IMG/VR virus record: IMGVR_UViG_3300020152_000020
Coordinates: 15,815 to 79,814 of that record
Length of the DNA: 64,000 nucleotides
Origin: a virus
Reading direction: 5' to 3' (one strand)
In this document: piece after piece, positions 9,227-19,600 of the stretch
Layout of the letters: each line of letters starts with the position of its first letter
How positions within the stretch are numbered: the stretch's first letter is position 1
Notes under the pieces: generated by a model
Database searches by the model: none
The model's input: only the letters and a program-made list of their open reading frames with translations
What the model was told of the DNA's origin: nothing
Made by a program: the position numbers and the translations under genes

Positions 9227-9407
9227 GCTCGCGTTGCTGCTGATCGCCGGGTTGTCGTATTTGTTGGGAGAGGGGCCACAACCATGCTTCAAACTGCCGT
9301 TAACCGCAAACCCAGAGCCGCCGAAGGCATACCGGAATGTTACGGGGTATCTTTTTCCGGTGAGTCTCGAAAATGTGGGGTGTGTCCTGTCCGCGATGCC
9401 TGCGTGA
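9069..9407 (+). CDS. XRE-family helix-turn-helix protein
   Basis: VRTLRERAELSQSDVAILYGLCHRNQVSLCEKG; GGGGG RBS before GTG 9069; overlaps helicase tail. Confidence 0.55.
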   Translation: MNKLNRRNESRVLGLAVRTLRERAELSQSDVAILYGLCHRNQVSLCEKGENFKLALLLIAGLSYLLGEGPQPCFKLPLTANPEPPKAYRNVTGYLFPVSLENVGCVLSAMPA

Positions 9408-10252
9408 CACAATGTCAACGGTGGCTGCTCCGGGCGTCCCTGTCGGAGCGGCTGAAGGTGCTCGAAAAGAGCATGGTGATTTCGAGTGAGACGTTGAACT
9501 TGCCGCAGCTTTACACGCGCCTGTACGAGCAGCACTACGGAACGCGGGATTGTCCTGATCTGGTCACTGGGGCGGCGGCGTTCGGGGCTTTTGGCTGGGT
9601 GGATCGGTTCTGCCGGGAGAACGACATCGACCCGGCGCTGTGGATCACGGCCCAGATGCACGGCATGAAGATGTTTCTCGACAAGCAGCGGGAGTCTGGC
9701 GGGCACTGCCCGTACTTCCGCATCAACATGCTTTGTGGGGACAAGGCGAAGGTTCGCTACAACGTTTATCTGCGGATCGCGTACCGCCGCTTCCGGCACG
9801 TCGGGGTTGACGTGTTCAACGGGCGCACGGATTTGACGAAGCTCTGCGTCGAGTTGAAGGAAGACGAAGAACGGATCGGCGCGTTCTATTGCATGAACGT
9901 GGTCGAGGGGCATCCGGTGTCGTGGCGCGAGTGTGTCAACGTTTGCGAGGCAGGCGAGTTGTGGCGCGCGGTTCACGAAGTGCCGGGCATCGCTTCGATG
10001 AAGAAGCTGACTGAACTGCGCCAGACGTACGACATGGAAACAATCAAGCGGTTGAAGACGCTTGCCACGCTGCGGGCTGCTGTCGCAGTCGCTTCCCGGT
10101 ACGCGTATGACCTTGCTGATCGGATCGGTTATCGCGATCCGTTCCTCTGGAATGACTTCGCAATGCTCTTGCTCCGGCTGTACGGCGGCGAGAAGATTAC
10201 ACCTGTGAATAAGGTAAAGGGGATCGCTGGAACTGAGTGGAGAGGGGCGTAA
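9284..10252 (+). CDS. Hypothetical protein (Cys-rich N-terminus), possible helicase loader/accessory
   Basis: 322 aa directly upstream of and coupled to the DnaB-like gene; C-x11-CxxC-x5-C. Confidence 0.65.
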   Translation: MLQTAVNRKPRAAEGIPECYGVSFSGESRKCGVCPVRDACVTQCQRWLLRASLSERLKVLEKSMVISSETLNLPQLYTRLYEQHYGTRDCPDLVTGAAAFGAFGWVDRFCRENDIDPALWITAQMHGMKMFLDKQRESGGHCPYFRINMLCGDKAKVRYNVYLRIAYRRFRHVGVDVFNGRTDLTKLCVELKEDEERIGAFYCMNVVEGHPVSWRECVNVCEAGELWRAVHEVPGIASMKKLTELRQTYDMETIKRLKTLATLRAAVAVASRYAYDLADRIGYRDPFLWNDFAMLLLRLYGGEKITPVNKVKGIAGTEWRGA

Positions 10253-11757
10253 TGCCAGAGGGTAGCTACGGAGAAAATTTCGGCGAGAAGTTCCAGCAGC
10301 ACATTCTCGCGGTCGCGTCCCGGCATCCGGGATTCATCCTGCGGTACAGGTCGGTACTGAGTCACGAGTATTTCGTGTCCGATCTGCACAGGCTGGTGGC
10401 GAAGGCGTTGCTGGCGCACGTGGACGAGCATCGGCAAATTCCAACGATGCCGACGTTGATCGAAGAGGTTCGCCCGTTGACCGACGAAGACACGCTGGAC
10501 TCCGCGTGTCGTCTGCTCGAAAAACTTTACAGCGAAGACATTTCCGACTCGAAGGCCGTCATCCAAAAGGTGATCGAGTTCGGTAAGACGCAGGCCATGT
10601 GTAACGCCGTCATCGAGGGCGCTGAGAAGATCGAGAAGGGCAAACGAAATCAGGTCATGGACTTGATTCGCGAGGCCACGCTGGTCGGTGAAGACTTGCT
10701 CTCGCTGGGAACTGACTACGGTACGACGGTCGAGCAGCGCGCGCAGTGGTACTTGCATCCTGAAGAACTGGCTGAGTGTATTCCGACCGGGATCACGCAC
10801 TTGGACAGGGCAATGGGCGGCGGGTTGGGGCGGCGCGAGTTGGGCGTGATCGTGGCTCCCCCGAAGAAGGGAAAATCGACGACGCTTTTCAACATCGGGT
10901 TCGGCGCGCTGATTAACCCGCAGAAGTTGAACGTGGTCCACTACACGCTTGAAATGCGCGAGAAGAACGTCATCAAGCGGTACGATGACCGTCTCGCCGG
11001 GGCGCTGGTGAAGATCAAAAAGACGGACCCGCTGGCGTACACGGAAGAGTTGAAGGCCCGCGTGAAGAAGTTCATCAAGGGCCGCTTGTTCGTGAAGGAA
11101 TACAACACGCGCTCCGTGACCGTCTCCGGCATCCGGTCGCATTTGTCGCTGCTCGCCGCGCAGGATTTCCACCCGGACCTTATCATCGTGGACTACGCGG
11201 ACATTATGAAGCCGGAGCGGCGCATGGGTGAAATGCGTCACGAGCAGGCCGGAATTTACGAAGACTTGCGTGCGCTCGCGGGCGAGTATGACGCCGCGCT
11301 CTGGACGGGTTCGCAAGCCAAGGTCGGGGCGCTGGAAAAAGAAATCATCACGATTGCCGACTTCGCTGAGTCGTTTGAAAAGGCCGCGATTGTTGACGCC
11401 GCCGTCGCGTTCTGCCAGACCAAAGACGAAGACGTGGCGCGCACGTGCCGCTTGTTCATGGCTGCGCTGCGTAAGGATCAGGGCGGTACGACGGTCGAGT
11501 GCTCCATCGCTCGCGACCGCTGTCTGATTAAGTCCATTCAGTTGCTCGACGCTTCCAACACGCCGATTGTGACTGACGATGAAGAGTCGCCCAGCGTGAC
11601 GAAGACGGTCGCTCGCGTGCATGCGGCCTCTACGGGTTCCGTGACTGACAAGCTGAAACAGGAATCGGGCATCGCCAAGCCGCCGCAGAAGAAGGGCAAG
11701 TTCCCTGTGCGTAAGGGGAAGAATGAAATGCTGACAAAGAAGGTTCCTGCTGCGTAA
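10252..11757 (+). CDS. Replicative DNA helicase, DnaB/T4 gp41-like
   Basis: IPTGITHLDRAMGGGL, Walker A APPKKGKST, YTLEM, Walker B IIVDYADIM, AESFEKAAIVD. Confidence 0.92.
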   Translation: MPEGSYGENFGEKFQQHILAVASRHPGFILRYRSVLSHEYFVSDLHRLVAKALLAHVDEHRQIPTMPTLIEEVRPLTDEDTLDSACRLLEKLYSEDISDSKAVIQKVIEFGKTQAMCNAVIEGAEKIEKGKRNQVMDLIREATLVGEDLLSLGTDYGTTVEQRAQWYLHPEELAECIPTGITHLDRAMGGGLGRRELGVIVAPPKKGKSTTLFNIGFGALINPQKLNVVHYTLEMREKNVIKRYDDRLAGALVKIKKTDPLAYTEELKARVKKFIKGRLFVKEYNTRSVTVSGIRSHLSLLAAQDFHPDLIIVDYADIMKPERRMGEMRHEQAGIYEDLRALAGEYDAALWTGSQAKVGALEKEIITIADFAESFEKAAIVDAAVAFCQTKDEDVARTCRLFMAALRKDQGGTTVECSIARDRCLIKSIQLLDASNTPIVTDDEESPSVTKTVARVHAASTGSVTDKLKQESGIAKPPQKKGKFPVRKGKNEMLTKKVPAA

Positions 11758-11852
11758 CACGCGCTTTCTTGCGGTCTTTCCCGCATAGCGCGACTTGTTT
11801 GCTTATGACATTGTGTTAACATGGGTGGCGGCTCGAAAGGAAGGAGACGCCT

Positions 11853-12476
11853 ATGGGTTTGAAAGATCGAATCGTGAACGCGGCGAAGCTGGCTGAGGAA
11901 GCCGCAGCCGCCCGGCGCAAAGCAGAGATTGCCGCCGCTGAAAAGGCTCGCGGTCCTGAGTTCCCCGGTGACGACATTGTGTGCGCGATGCTGGGCCGTG
12001 AAACGCCGTCGCAGCCGTGGGATTACTCGAAGCACTTCATCGCTCTCACCACGAAGCAGTCGGTTGCGTGGAGATCGACGCACGCTACGGTTAAGCAGAT
12101 GCGGGAAGTCTGCGGCCAGCCGAAGTACGAGTGCATCGTGGTCACGTACGACGACATGATGTCGGGCAACTTCAAGCGCCAACTGAAGCCGCCCAAGGGG
12201 TTCGATTTCCGGGAACTGAAGGTCGCTCCGATGAAGGCTGAAGTGACGGCGCATATCGAAGAGGGTCTGGTCGCGGCCATTAATCGTGCGTCGGGTCCGG
12301 TGAAGAAGGGTCCGGTTCAGCACACGATTTCGGGCAACTTCCAAGCGACGCTGACGCCGGAAGCGACGGCTGGCTTGAAGGCGATGCTGGGCAAGCCTGT
12401 AAAGAAATCGCAGTTTGTGACGAAGACCATCACGATCAAGCCGGGCGCTCCGGTGCGGAAAGGGCAGACGGTATGA
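11853..12476 (+). CDS. Hypothetical protein
   Basis: AAGGAG RBS; MGLKDRI start; PVKKG/PVRKG motifs. Confidence 0.75.
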   Translation: MGLKDRIVNAAKLAEEAAAARRKAEIAAAEKARGPEFPGDDIVCAMLGRETPSQPWDYSKHFIALTTKQSVAWRSTHATVKQMREVCGQPKYECIVVTYDDMMSGNFKRQLKPPKGFDFRELKVAPMKAEVTAHIEEGLVAAINRASGPVKKGPVQHTISGNFQATLTPEATAGLKAMLGKPVKKSQFVTKTITIKPGAPVRKGQTV

Positions 12477-13534
12477 CGGCACCCCTTCCCGGCGCTCCGG
12501 TTCGCAAAGGCAAGCCGCAGCTACGAACGCGGCCCAGCCTGCTCGACTATCTTCAGGATCGTCTGGGCGTCGCGAAGGGCACGTCGCGCGAGCGGGAGTT
12601 TTACTGCCCGTTCTGCATTGACCGGGTGGGTGATGAAAGTTCGAAGCGCAAGCTGTCGGTCAACATGTTCGAGGGAAAGGTGTGGTGCTTCCGGTGCGAG
12701 TACGGCACCAACTCGCTTGAGCGTTTCTTCCGCGATCTGAACGGCGGGTCGCTGAAGATGGAAGAGTTGATGCTGCTCCGGGGCGAGACGAAGCCGCCCG
12801 CGCGCGATCTGGCTGAGGCGGTCGCCGACATTCTGGCGGGCGAGGCGGGGCCGGGGAAATACTTCAAAGCTGTGCCTCTGCCGAAAGAATCGGTTCCGCT
12901 GAACAAGGCCAAGCGTGATTCCATTGTGTACCGCCGCGCGTTCACGTACCTTGAAGGCCGGGGGTACACGGGCGACGCCTTAGAAAATCTGATCGAGCGG
13001 TTTCAGATCGGGTACTGCCCAAGCGGTGACTACGGCGGGCGTCTGGTCTTTCCTGTGTTCCAGCAAGGCGCGCAGGTTTACTTCACGACGCGGTATTGCG
13101 GGAACCATCCAGCCAAGTCGAAGAATCCGCCGAACGTGCCCGGCTGGTATCAACGCGATCTGTGCCTGCTGAATTATGACGCTGTGGTCGGTCAGCCTGT
13201 GGTCGCGCTGGCTGAAGGGCCGTTCTCTGTGGCGGCGTTCGAGTACGCGGTCGGGTCAATGGGTAAGCACGTTTCCCCGGCACAAGTCAGCCTGCTCGCG
13301 GCGCTGGTTCCGTACGGGTTGCAGGAACTGGTGATCGCGTTCGACGCGGACGCCGGGAAGGCTATCGACAAAATGTACGCGGTGCTGTCGGATCGGGTTC
13401 CGAAAGTGACTGTGCTACCGCTGGACCACGGTGATCCTGATGATCGTCGGGACGAACTGGCTGAGTTGCTGGCGAAGCGGGGCGTGCGGTCGTTTGCGGA
13501 TCGCGTGCGGTCCCGCTTCCGGGGGAGCAAATGA
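12473..13534 (+). CDS. DNA primase (Zn finger + TOPRIM)
   Basis: YCPFC...WCFRC; GRLVFPV; AEGPFS; IAFDADAG; DPDD. Confidence 0.9.
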   Translation: MTAPLPGAPVRKGKPQLRTRPSLLDYLQDRLGVAKGTSREREFYCPFCIDRVGDESSKRKLSVNMFEGKVWCFRCEYGTNSLERFFRDLNGGSLKMEELMLLRGETKPPARDLAEAVADILAGEAGPGKYFKAVPLPKESVPLNKAKRDSIVYRRAFTYLEGRGYTGDALENLIERFQIGYCPSGDYGGRLVFPVFQQGAQVYFTTRYCGNHPAKSKNPPNVPGWYQRDLCLLNYDAVVGQPVVALAEGPFSVAAFEYAVGSMGKHVSPAQVSLLAALVPYGLQELVIAFDADAGKAIDKMYAVLSDRVPKVTVLPLDHGDPDDRRDELAELLAKRGVRSFADRVRSRFRGSK

Positions 13535-13875
13535 CAAACGACGATATTGTGGTGCTGGAAAAGCACGGCTGGGAAGTCGAGTGTCAAAGCCCGCTTGAAA
13601 TCCGGCACAAGGACGACGGCTCGTTTGCGACGAAGGGGGCGGCGCTGGCGATTCTGTGCGGATTGAAGCGCGAGCCAATGCTTGAATACGAGACGCTGGT
13701 CGAGTCGTTGCAGAAGCTCCCGATCACGTGGTATCCGGGCCTACTACGGGAACTGGTGGTCGCCGCGTACAAGAAGAACAAGGTGTTTCAGCCGGGCGGG
13801 GCGTCGCGGCTGATCGCGAGGGTCGAAGTCGAACTGGGAGAAACTGCAAAAACTCGCACAATCCGCAAGAAGTGA
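13531..13875 (+). CDS. Hypothetical protein
   Basis: ATGA-coupled; LEKHGWEVECQSPLEI. Confidence 0.6.
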   Translation: MTNDDIVVLEKHGWEVECQSPLEIRHKDDGSFATKGAALAILCGLKREPMLEYETLVESLQKLPITWYPGLLRELVVAAYKKNKVFQPGGASRLIARVEVELGETAKTRTIRKK

Positions 13876-13984
13876 TTTGTGTTTGTCGTGTGGCGCGCTA
13901 TATTTTCCTGAAAAGCTCTCTGGTGAGGGCTGGTCAAATTCGGGAGTCAACGGGGAGTTGCACCCCGCCCGGAAAGGAACGGAT

Positions 13985-15055
13985 ATGGGTCTTAAAGAAC
14001 GGATGGCGCAGGGCGTTAGTGCAGTGGTCGAGGCTCCCGGTTTTTGCTTCGATCAGCCACCTGTCCGGCGCTTCGCTGAGATTGCGGCTTTCCAGTCGGC
14101 GATCAAATCTCAGAGCGATTGCACCGCTACGGTCGATGTTGACACGAAGTCATTCGTCGGGATCGACATTGACGGCAAGGTCCACAATTCCTCGTGGCGG
14201 CTGTCTCCGGCTGCGTTCGGCGATCTGTGCCACTGGACGAAGCTCCCCGTCGCGTTCATCAAGCGGCTGGCGAAAACCGACGAGCAGCTTGCGCTCGAAG
14301 TCGTCGAGTCCTGCATTGATCACTGGTTCCACTCTGGACCACCCAAGCAGTTTGTGATCGACACCACCACGGGCCGCGTTGACGGCATCGTCGGGAAAGA
14401 GTCGTATGCTCCCATCGCGAACAAGGACGTGGTGGATTTCGTGTTCTCCGCTACTCCCGACCTGAAAATCTGCGAGGGCTGGCTGGCCGGGCCGAACATG
14501 CGTCTGACGGCGGTGCTGGGCACGAAGCCCGCTGAACCGCGTAAGGGCGACATTGTCCATATCGGCACGGCGGTCGAAAATTCGATCAACGGTGACTGCT
14601 CGTTGAAGGTGTGCGATTATGCGAATCGTCTGGTCTGCACCAACGGCATGACGGCGCGCGAAGGGTTCCACATGGAACGGATCGTGCATCGCGGCGACAT
14701 TGAGGCCAACACGATCAAGGCAATCATTCGGTCAGCTACGCGCTCTGAGCAAATGGTTCCGCTCATGGCGAAGGCTGCGGCGCATCTGGTCAACGAGAAG
14801 GAAGTCCGGGCGATCAAAGGGTTCCTGTCGGAGCAGGCGAACGGCGGCTCCGAAGCGTTCTTCAAAAAGGTCGCTGAGAAGGCGATGGACGAGGCCAAGA
14901 CCGAAGGCCGCGACCCGGATGAAGTGACTTTGTGGAACATCGTCAATGGGATCACTGAATCAGCCCACGATACGTCGTCCCTTAATCGTCGCGTCGAGAT
15001 TGAGGCTTTGGGATATCGGACACTTGTCAAATTCGGGGCTGTACTCAATGCGTGA
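13985..15055 (+). CDS. DUF932-like phage/plasmid protein
   Basis: NSINGDCSL...RLVCTNG signature; AAGGA RBS before ATG 13985. Confidence 0.7.
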   Translation: MGLKERMAQGVSAVVEAPGFCFDQPPVRRFAEIAAFQSAIKSQSDCTATVDVDTKSFVGIDIDGKVHNSSWRLSPAAFGDLCHWTKLPVAFIKRLAKTDEQLALEVVESCIDHWFHSGPPKQFVIDTTTGRVDGIVGKESYAPIANKDVVDFVFSATPDLKICEGWLAGPNMRLTAVLGTKPAEPRKGDIVHIGTAVENSINGDCSLKVCDYANRLVCTNGMTAREGFHMERIVHRGDIEANTIKAIIRSATRSEQMVPLMAKAAAHLVNEKEVRAIKGFLSEQANGGSEAFFKKVAEKAMDEAKTEGRDPDEVTLWNIVNGITESAHDTSSLNRRVEIEALGYRTLVKFGAVLNA

Positions 15056-15584
15056 AGTGTGGAAGGCGATCCCTGACACGGGCGGGCGGTACGAAGCCTC
15101 GAACCTTGGCAACATCCGGCGTGCAGACACGCGCCGGGTGTTGTCTGGTCGGGTGTCCACCAACGGCTACAGGAACCTCACGCTTTCTCTGGGTTCCCGC
15201 GCGAATAGGCGCACGGTATTCGTGCATCAGATTGTGGCGTTGCTGTTTAAAGGGCCGTGCCCGCCCGGTCTTGTTGTGAATCACGAGAATGGGAATAAGC
15301 TCGATTGCTGCGTTAAAAATCTGACGTACGTAACGTCTAGTGAGAACGCGCGGCACGCTTATCGGGTTCTGGGCCGTCAGCCAAGCCGGACGAATAAGGT
15401 TCGCGGGAGCAAGCACCACTTCGCCCGGTTCACGGCTAAGGACGTTTTGAAAATTCGTGCGGCTGTTCGCGCGGGGGCGACGAAGGTGTCTCTCGCCCGT
15501 AAGTATGGCGTCAGTGATTCCGCGATTGGCAAGGTTTGCAGCGGGGAAAACTGGGGCCATGTTGGAAACCCGATTACATCGTGA
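15048..15584 (+). CDS. NUMOD4-HNH homing endonuclease
   Basis: EVWKAIPDTGGRYEASNLGNIR; VHQIVA...VNHENGNKLDCCVKNL...SEN; C-terminal HTH. Confidence 0.88.
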   Translation: MREVWKAIPDTGGRYEASNLGNIRRADTRRVLSGRVSTNGYRNLTLSLGSRANRRTVFVHQIVALLFKGPCPPGLVVNHENGNKLDCCVKNLTYVTSSENARHAYRVLGRQPSRTNKVRGSKHHFARFTAKDVLKIRAAVRAGATKVSLARKYGVSDSAIGKVCSGENWGHVGNPITS

Positions 15585-15604
15585 TCGGGTTGCAGGGGGT
15601 GTGA

Positions 15605-15638
15605 CCGGGCGGCGGGGGTGCCGCCGCCCGGTTTTTTT
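15605..15638 (+). terminator. Rho-independent terminator
   Basis: CCGGGCGGCGG-gggtg-CCGCCGCCCGG followed by T7. Confidence 0.85.
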
Positions 15639-15658
15639 GCCGCTTATGGGGTGCTACG

Positions 15659-16462
15659 ATGCCGAACGATTTGGATTCAGTGTTTTGCCCGTCCTGCGGA
15701 ATGAAGACGCACCTTACCGCGTCTGGCCGAAGCATCTGTCCGAACTGTCTGGACCTGAAAGCAAAGCCGTACACGCTCGACCTGTCGCTCCCTGTGCTGC
15801 TTGAGGCTCCGATCCCGCCGACTGAGAACCTGAGTTGCACCGTCTGTACGGAGCGCGCGACGCGGTATATCATCATAGCTTCGCACCGCCCGGTGTCGCT
15901 GCTCTGCGAACTGCATTACAAAATGTTGCTCACGCAGGAAGTTGAGCGGTTCAAAGCGGGTGCAGCGGCGATGATGGGTCAGGTGACGAAGGCCGCGAGC
16001 ATGTTCGATTTCGTGGCGCTTGAGATTTGCCTGCTCTCCATGATGTCGCTGCGGGACGCCGGGAAGAACGCGCAGTTCCGGGATGCGTACACTGCGGTCC
16101 CGCTACCGGACGCTCCCGCTCCCAACCTTCAAAACATCGGCACGCAGACGGGCCGGATGCAGTCTGTGGTGCCGAACGAATCGGGGACAGCCAAGCCAGC
16201 GCGCCCGGTTCACTGCCCGCGCTGTGCGCAGGAACGCGGCGTTGCGATCCCGAAGGAATGCCCGCACGTGTCGCCGAACAAGGGCGGGTGCTGGTATTGC
16301 TGGATCGCTGATAACAAGTTGGTCTTTTGCAACGAATTCGATACGTATATCCATATCGACTGCATCAAGGCGCAGTTGGCAGCGTTGCCGCCCGGAACTG
16401 AAGACCCGGAACTTGCGGTGATCGCGGCGGAATTCAAGGAAGCTCTGGCTGAGGGCGGTTAA
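15659..16462 (+). CDS. Multi-Zn-finger hypothetical protein
   Basis: CPSC, CPNC, CTVC, CELH, CPRC, CWYC motifs. Confidence 0.65.
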   Translation: MPNDLDSVFCPSCGMKTHLTASGRSICPNCLDLKAKPYTLDLSLPVLLEAPIPPTENLSCTVCTERATRYIIIASHRPVSLLCELHYKMLLTQEVERFKAGAAAMMGQVTKAASMFDFVALEICLLSMMSLRDAGKNAQFRDAYTAVPLPDAPAPNLQNIGTQTGRMQSVVPNESGTAKPARPVHCPRCAQERGVAIPKECPHVSPNKGGCWYCWIADNKLVFCNEFDTYIHIDCIKAQLAALPPGTEDPELAVIAAEFKEALAEGG

Positions 16463-16466
16463 CACA

Positions 16467-16694
16467 ATGTCAACCGGGAACCCTGAATGCTTTGGGAACG
16501 TGACGCGCAGCCGGGAGTGTAATGGCTGCGCGGTGAAGATGGAGTGCTACGAACAGCAGCAGACGGATTTGGCGGTGTACCTGCTCCCGAAGGACAGGCC
16601 CGCTCCGAAGGACGCACCGCCGAAGCCCGCCCGGTACGTGAAGGAAACGCCGACACCGAAGGTGAACGATGCCGCCGATCAAGAAGACGAATAA
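16467..16694 (+). CDS. Small Cys-containing hypothetical protein
   Basis: ATG lies inside a palindrome copy; CFG...CNGC...C. Confidence 0.55.
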   Translation: MSTGNPECFGNVTRSRECNGCAVKMECYEQQQTDLAVYLLPKDRPAPKDAPPKPARYVKETPTPKVNDAADQEDE

Positions 16695-19600
16695 CGGGGT
16701 CGCTATCGCGGCTCCCGCTGCGATCAAGAAGCCTGTGCTGGCGAAGCCGGGGGCCAAGCCCGCCGAAGCGCCTGTGCTGTCGCTGCGTCCGCTGGTCAAG
16801 TGCGGCCCGAAGGTCGATAAAAGCGGCTGCGGGTGGTGTCCGCTCATGCCGTTCGCTCTCGACTTCGACCGCTTCAAGGCGGGGTATCAACGCGACGCGA
16901 CGAAGATTCTGGCGAAAGAAAAAGAAGGGCATCTGATCCGCAACCGGAACGTCCGCGAAGAGTGGACCGAAGTGGACATTCTTTTCGTCGGCGAGGCTCC
17001 CGGCGCGGACGAGGATAAGCAGGGCCTGCCGTTCGTCGGTCGTGCTGGCAAGTTACTACGGGACGCGATCAAGGAGATGGTCGAGGTTCCGCCCGAACGT
17101 ATCGGCTTCACCAGTCTCGTGCGCTGCCGCCCGCCACGTAACCGCGAGCCAAACGGAACGGAGAAGGTGTCGTGCGCCCCGGAACTGGTTCGCGAGATCG
17201 CGGCCCGCAAGCCGAAGGTCATCGTGGCGATGGGGAACCACGGGCTTGAGTTCTTGACCGGACAGTCCGGCATCACGACCATGTGCGGTAAGGTGCTCCG
17301 CACGATCCGTGAAGATGTCGCGAAGCTCCCGGTGGTCGGCTGTCTCAATCCGCTTTACGTGCTCCGCATGGATCACGAGATGGAGAAGTTTCTCAAGGCT
17401 ATCGGTCTGGCATCGGACGTGGCGCTGGGGAAGTACGAAGCGCCGCACGGGATGGGCACGTACAAGGTGCTCACCGAACTGTCCGACGTGCGGAAGATGT
17501 TCGAGAAGTTCCGCAAAGACAAGCGGGTGACTACGTTCGACACGGAAACAGGCGCGCTGACGCCGTTCCAGAGCAAGTTCCCCGCGCTGCTGTGCTTCAG
17601 CTTTTCCAATGGCGAGTTCACCGGGTACACGGTTCCGTACGATCATCCTGATTCGCCGTGGCGCGTCGGTGGCCCGAAGGCGAAAGAGCGCCCGGCGCTG
17701 ACAAAGCTGCTGGTCGATTACTTCATTGATCCCAAGATCGAGAAGGTCGCCCAAAACGAGAAGTTCGACCGCCAGCACATTCGCGCGGCGCTGGGCGTGG
17801 AGCCTGTGCGCGTCGTCCGGGACACGATGATAACGCATCTGGTCACTGACGAAACGCGCGGCACCCACGGCTTGAAAATCCTGTCGTACTCGTTCACGGG
17901 CATGGGTGGCTACGAGAGGCCGCTGGAACATTACATCGAGACGCATCGCGAAGCGGACCCGGAAGCTGGCGGATCGTACGCCAACATTCCGGGCGATGTC
18001 TTGTTCCCGTACGCCGCGATGGACGCCGACGTGACGTGGCGCACCGACGAGGGGTTGCAGAAAATCCCGGAGTACGCCAACAACAAAAAGTTGCAGAACA
18101 TCGCCACGTTCTACTTGCCGGAGTTGTCCCGCGTGCTCGCCGACATGGAGTACGAGGGCGCGAAGATCAACAAGGAAGTCGCGAAAAAGCTGGACGTGAA
18201 GTACAGCGGTGAAATGAAGAAAAAGACGCAGGATATTTCGAACGATCCCTGCGTGAAGAAGTTCGTGGACGACCGTCGCCGGAAGCTGGTCAACGAGTTG
18301 CCCGCGCCCAAGTTTTACAAGAACGGCAAGCCGCGCCCGCCCACGAAGGCGTTCCAAGAGGCACACAATTTTGAGTTCAATCCGGGTTCAACTGACCAGC
18401 TTCGCGAAGTCCTGTTCGATTACTACGACCTGAAGCCTGTCGAAATGACGGACACCGGGTTTGAGAAGCTGGTCGCCCGGCATAAGCGCCTGAACGACGA
18501 AGCGAAGGCTGACGGCAAAGAGGGGCCGAACTTCTCCAACGTGGTGAACGCCGCCATTGAGAAACGGGAGTGGGAGTTCTTCACGACGAAGGCCGACGTG
18601 CTCCACGAGTACGAGCGGCAGAAGAATCCGCTGGCGAACCACATTTTGCAGTATCGTGACGCGCAGGTTATGCACGGCACTTTCGTCACGCCGCTGCTCC
18701 ACAAGCTCGACCCTCTGGACAAAATTCACGGCACGTTCCTGATCCACGGCACCGTCACTGGCCGTCTGTCGTCTGCCGATCCCAACTTGCAGAACATCCC
18801 GAACAAGGGCGGCGGGTTGATTAAACAGGCGTACGTCTCCCGGTTCGGAGACGAGGGCGTCCTGCTGAACGTGGACTTTTCGCAGATCGAATTGCGCGTC
18901 GCTGCGGCGTACTACCGCGAACCGACGATGATTCAGGCGTACCTCGACAACGCCGACTTGCACACGCTCACGGCGGCTGACATCGCCTTCCCGGCGCTGG
19001 CTCCCGCCGCGCGTCTGGCCGCGTTTAAGAAGCTCCCGAAGGACGAGCAGAAACAATGGCGTACGCGCGCGAAGCGCGTGAACTTCGGCGTGCTGTACGG
19101 TGGTGGCCCGCCCGCGTTGCAGACCACGCTGAAGAAGGACGGCGTGTTCGTGACGGTCGAGGAATGTCAGAAGCTGATCGACCTGTACTTCAAGGCCCGC
19201 CCGGCGCTGAAGAAGGGCATCGAGAAGCTGGAAGAGAAGGTCCGGCGCACCGGGTACTTGGAGTCGTTCACGGGTCGCCGTCGCCGCATCCCGGAAGTGT
19301 TCAGCGAAGACGAGCAGCTTGTGGCCCGCGCGCTACGGCAGTCGGTGAACTTCCCGATTCAGTCCGGCGCAGGCGACATGACGCTTATGGCGCTGATCCT
19401 GATTCACCGCGTCTTGAAGGCCGAAGGGTTCAAGTCGCGCGTGATCCTGACTGTGCACGACTCGCTGGTGTTCGACTGCCACGTGGACGAGTTGTTCGAA
19501 GTCGCCCGGCTGGCGAAAGAAGTCATGGAAAACATTCCGTCGCTGTCGGACGAAGTGTTGCCCGGTCTTGACTGGTCTTGGCTGCACCCGGTGCCGATTG

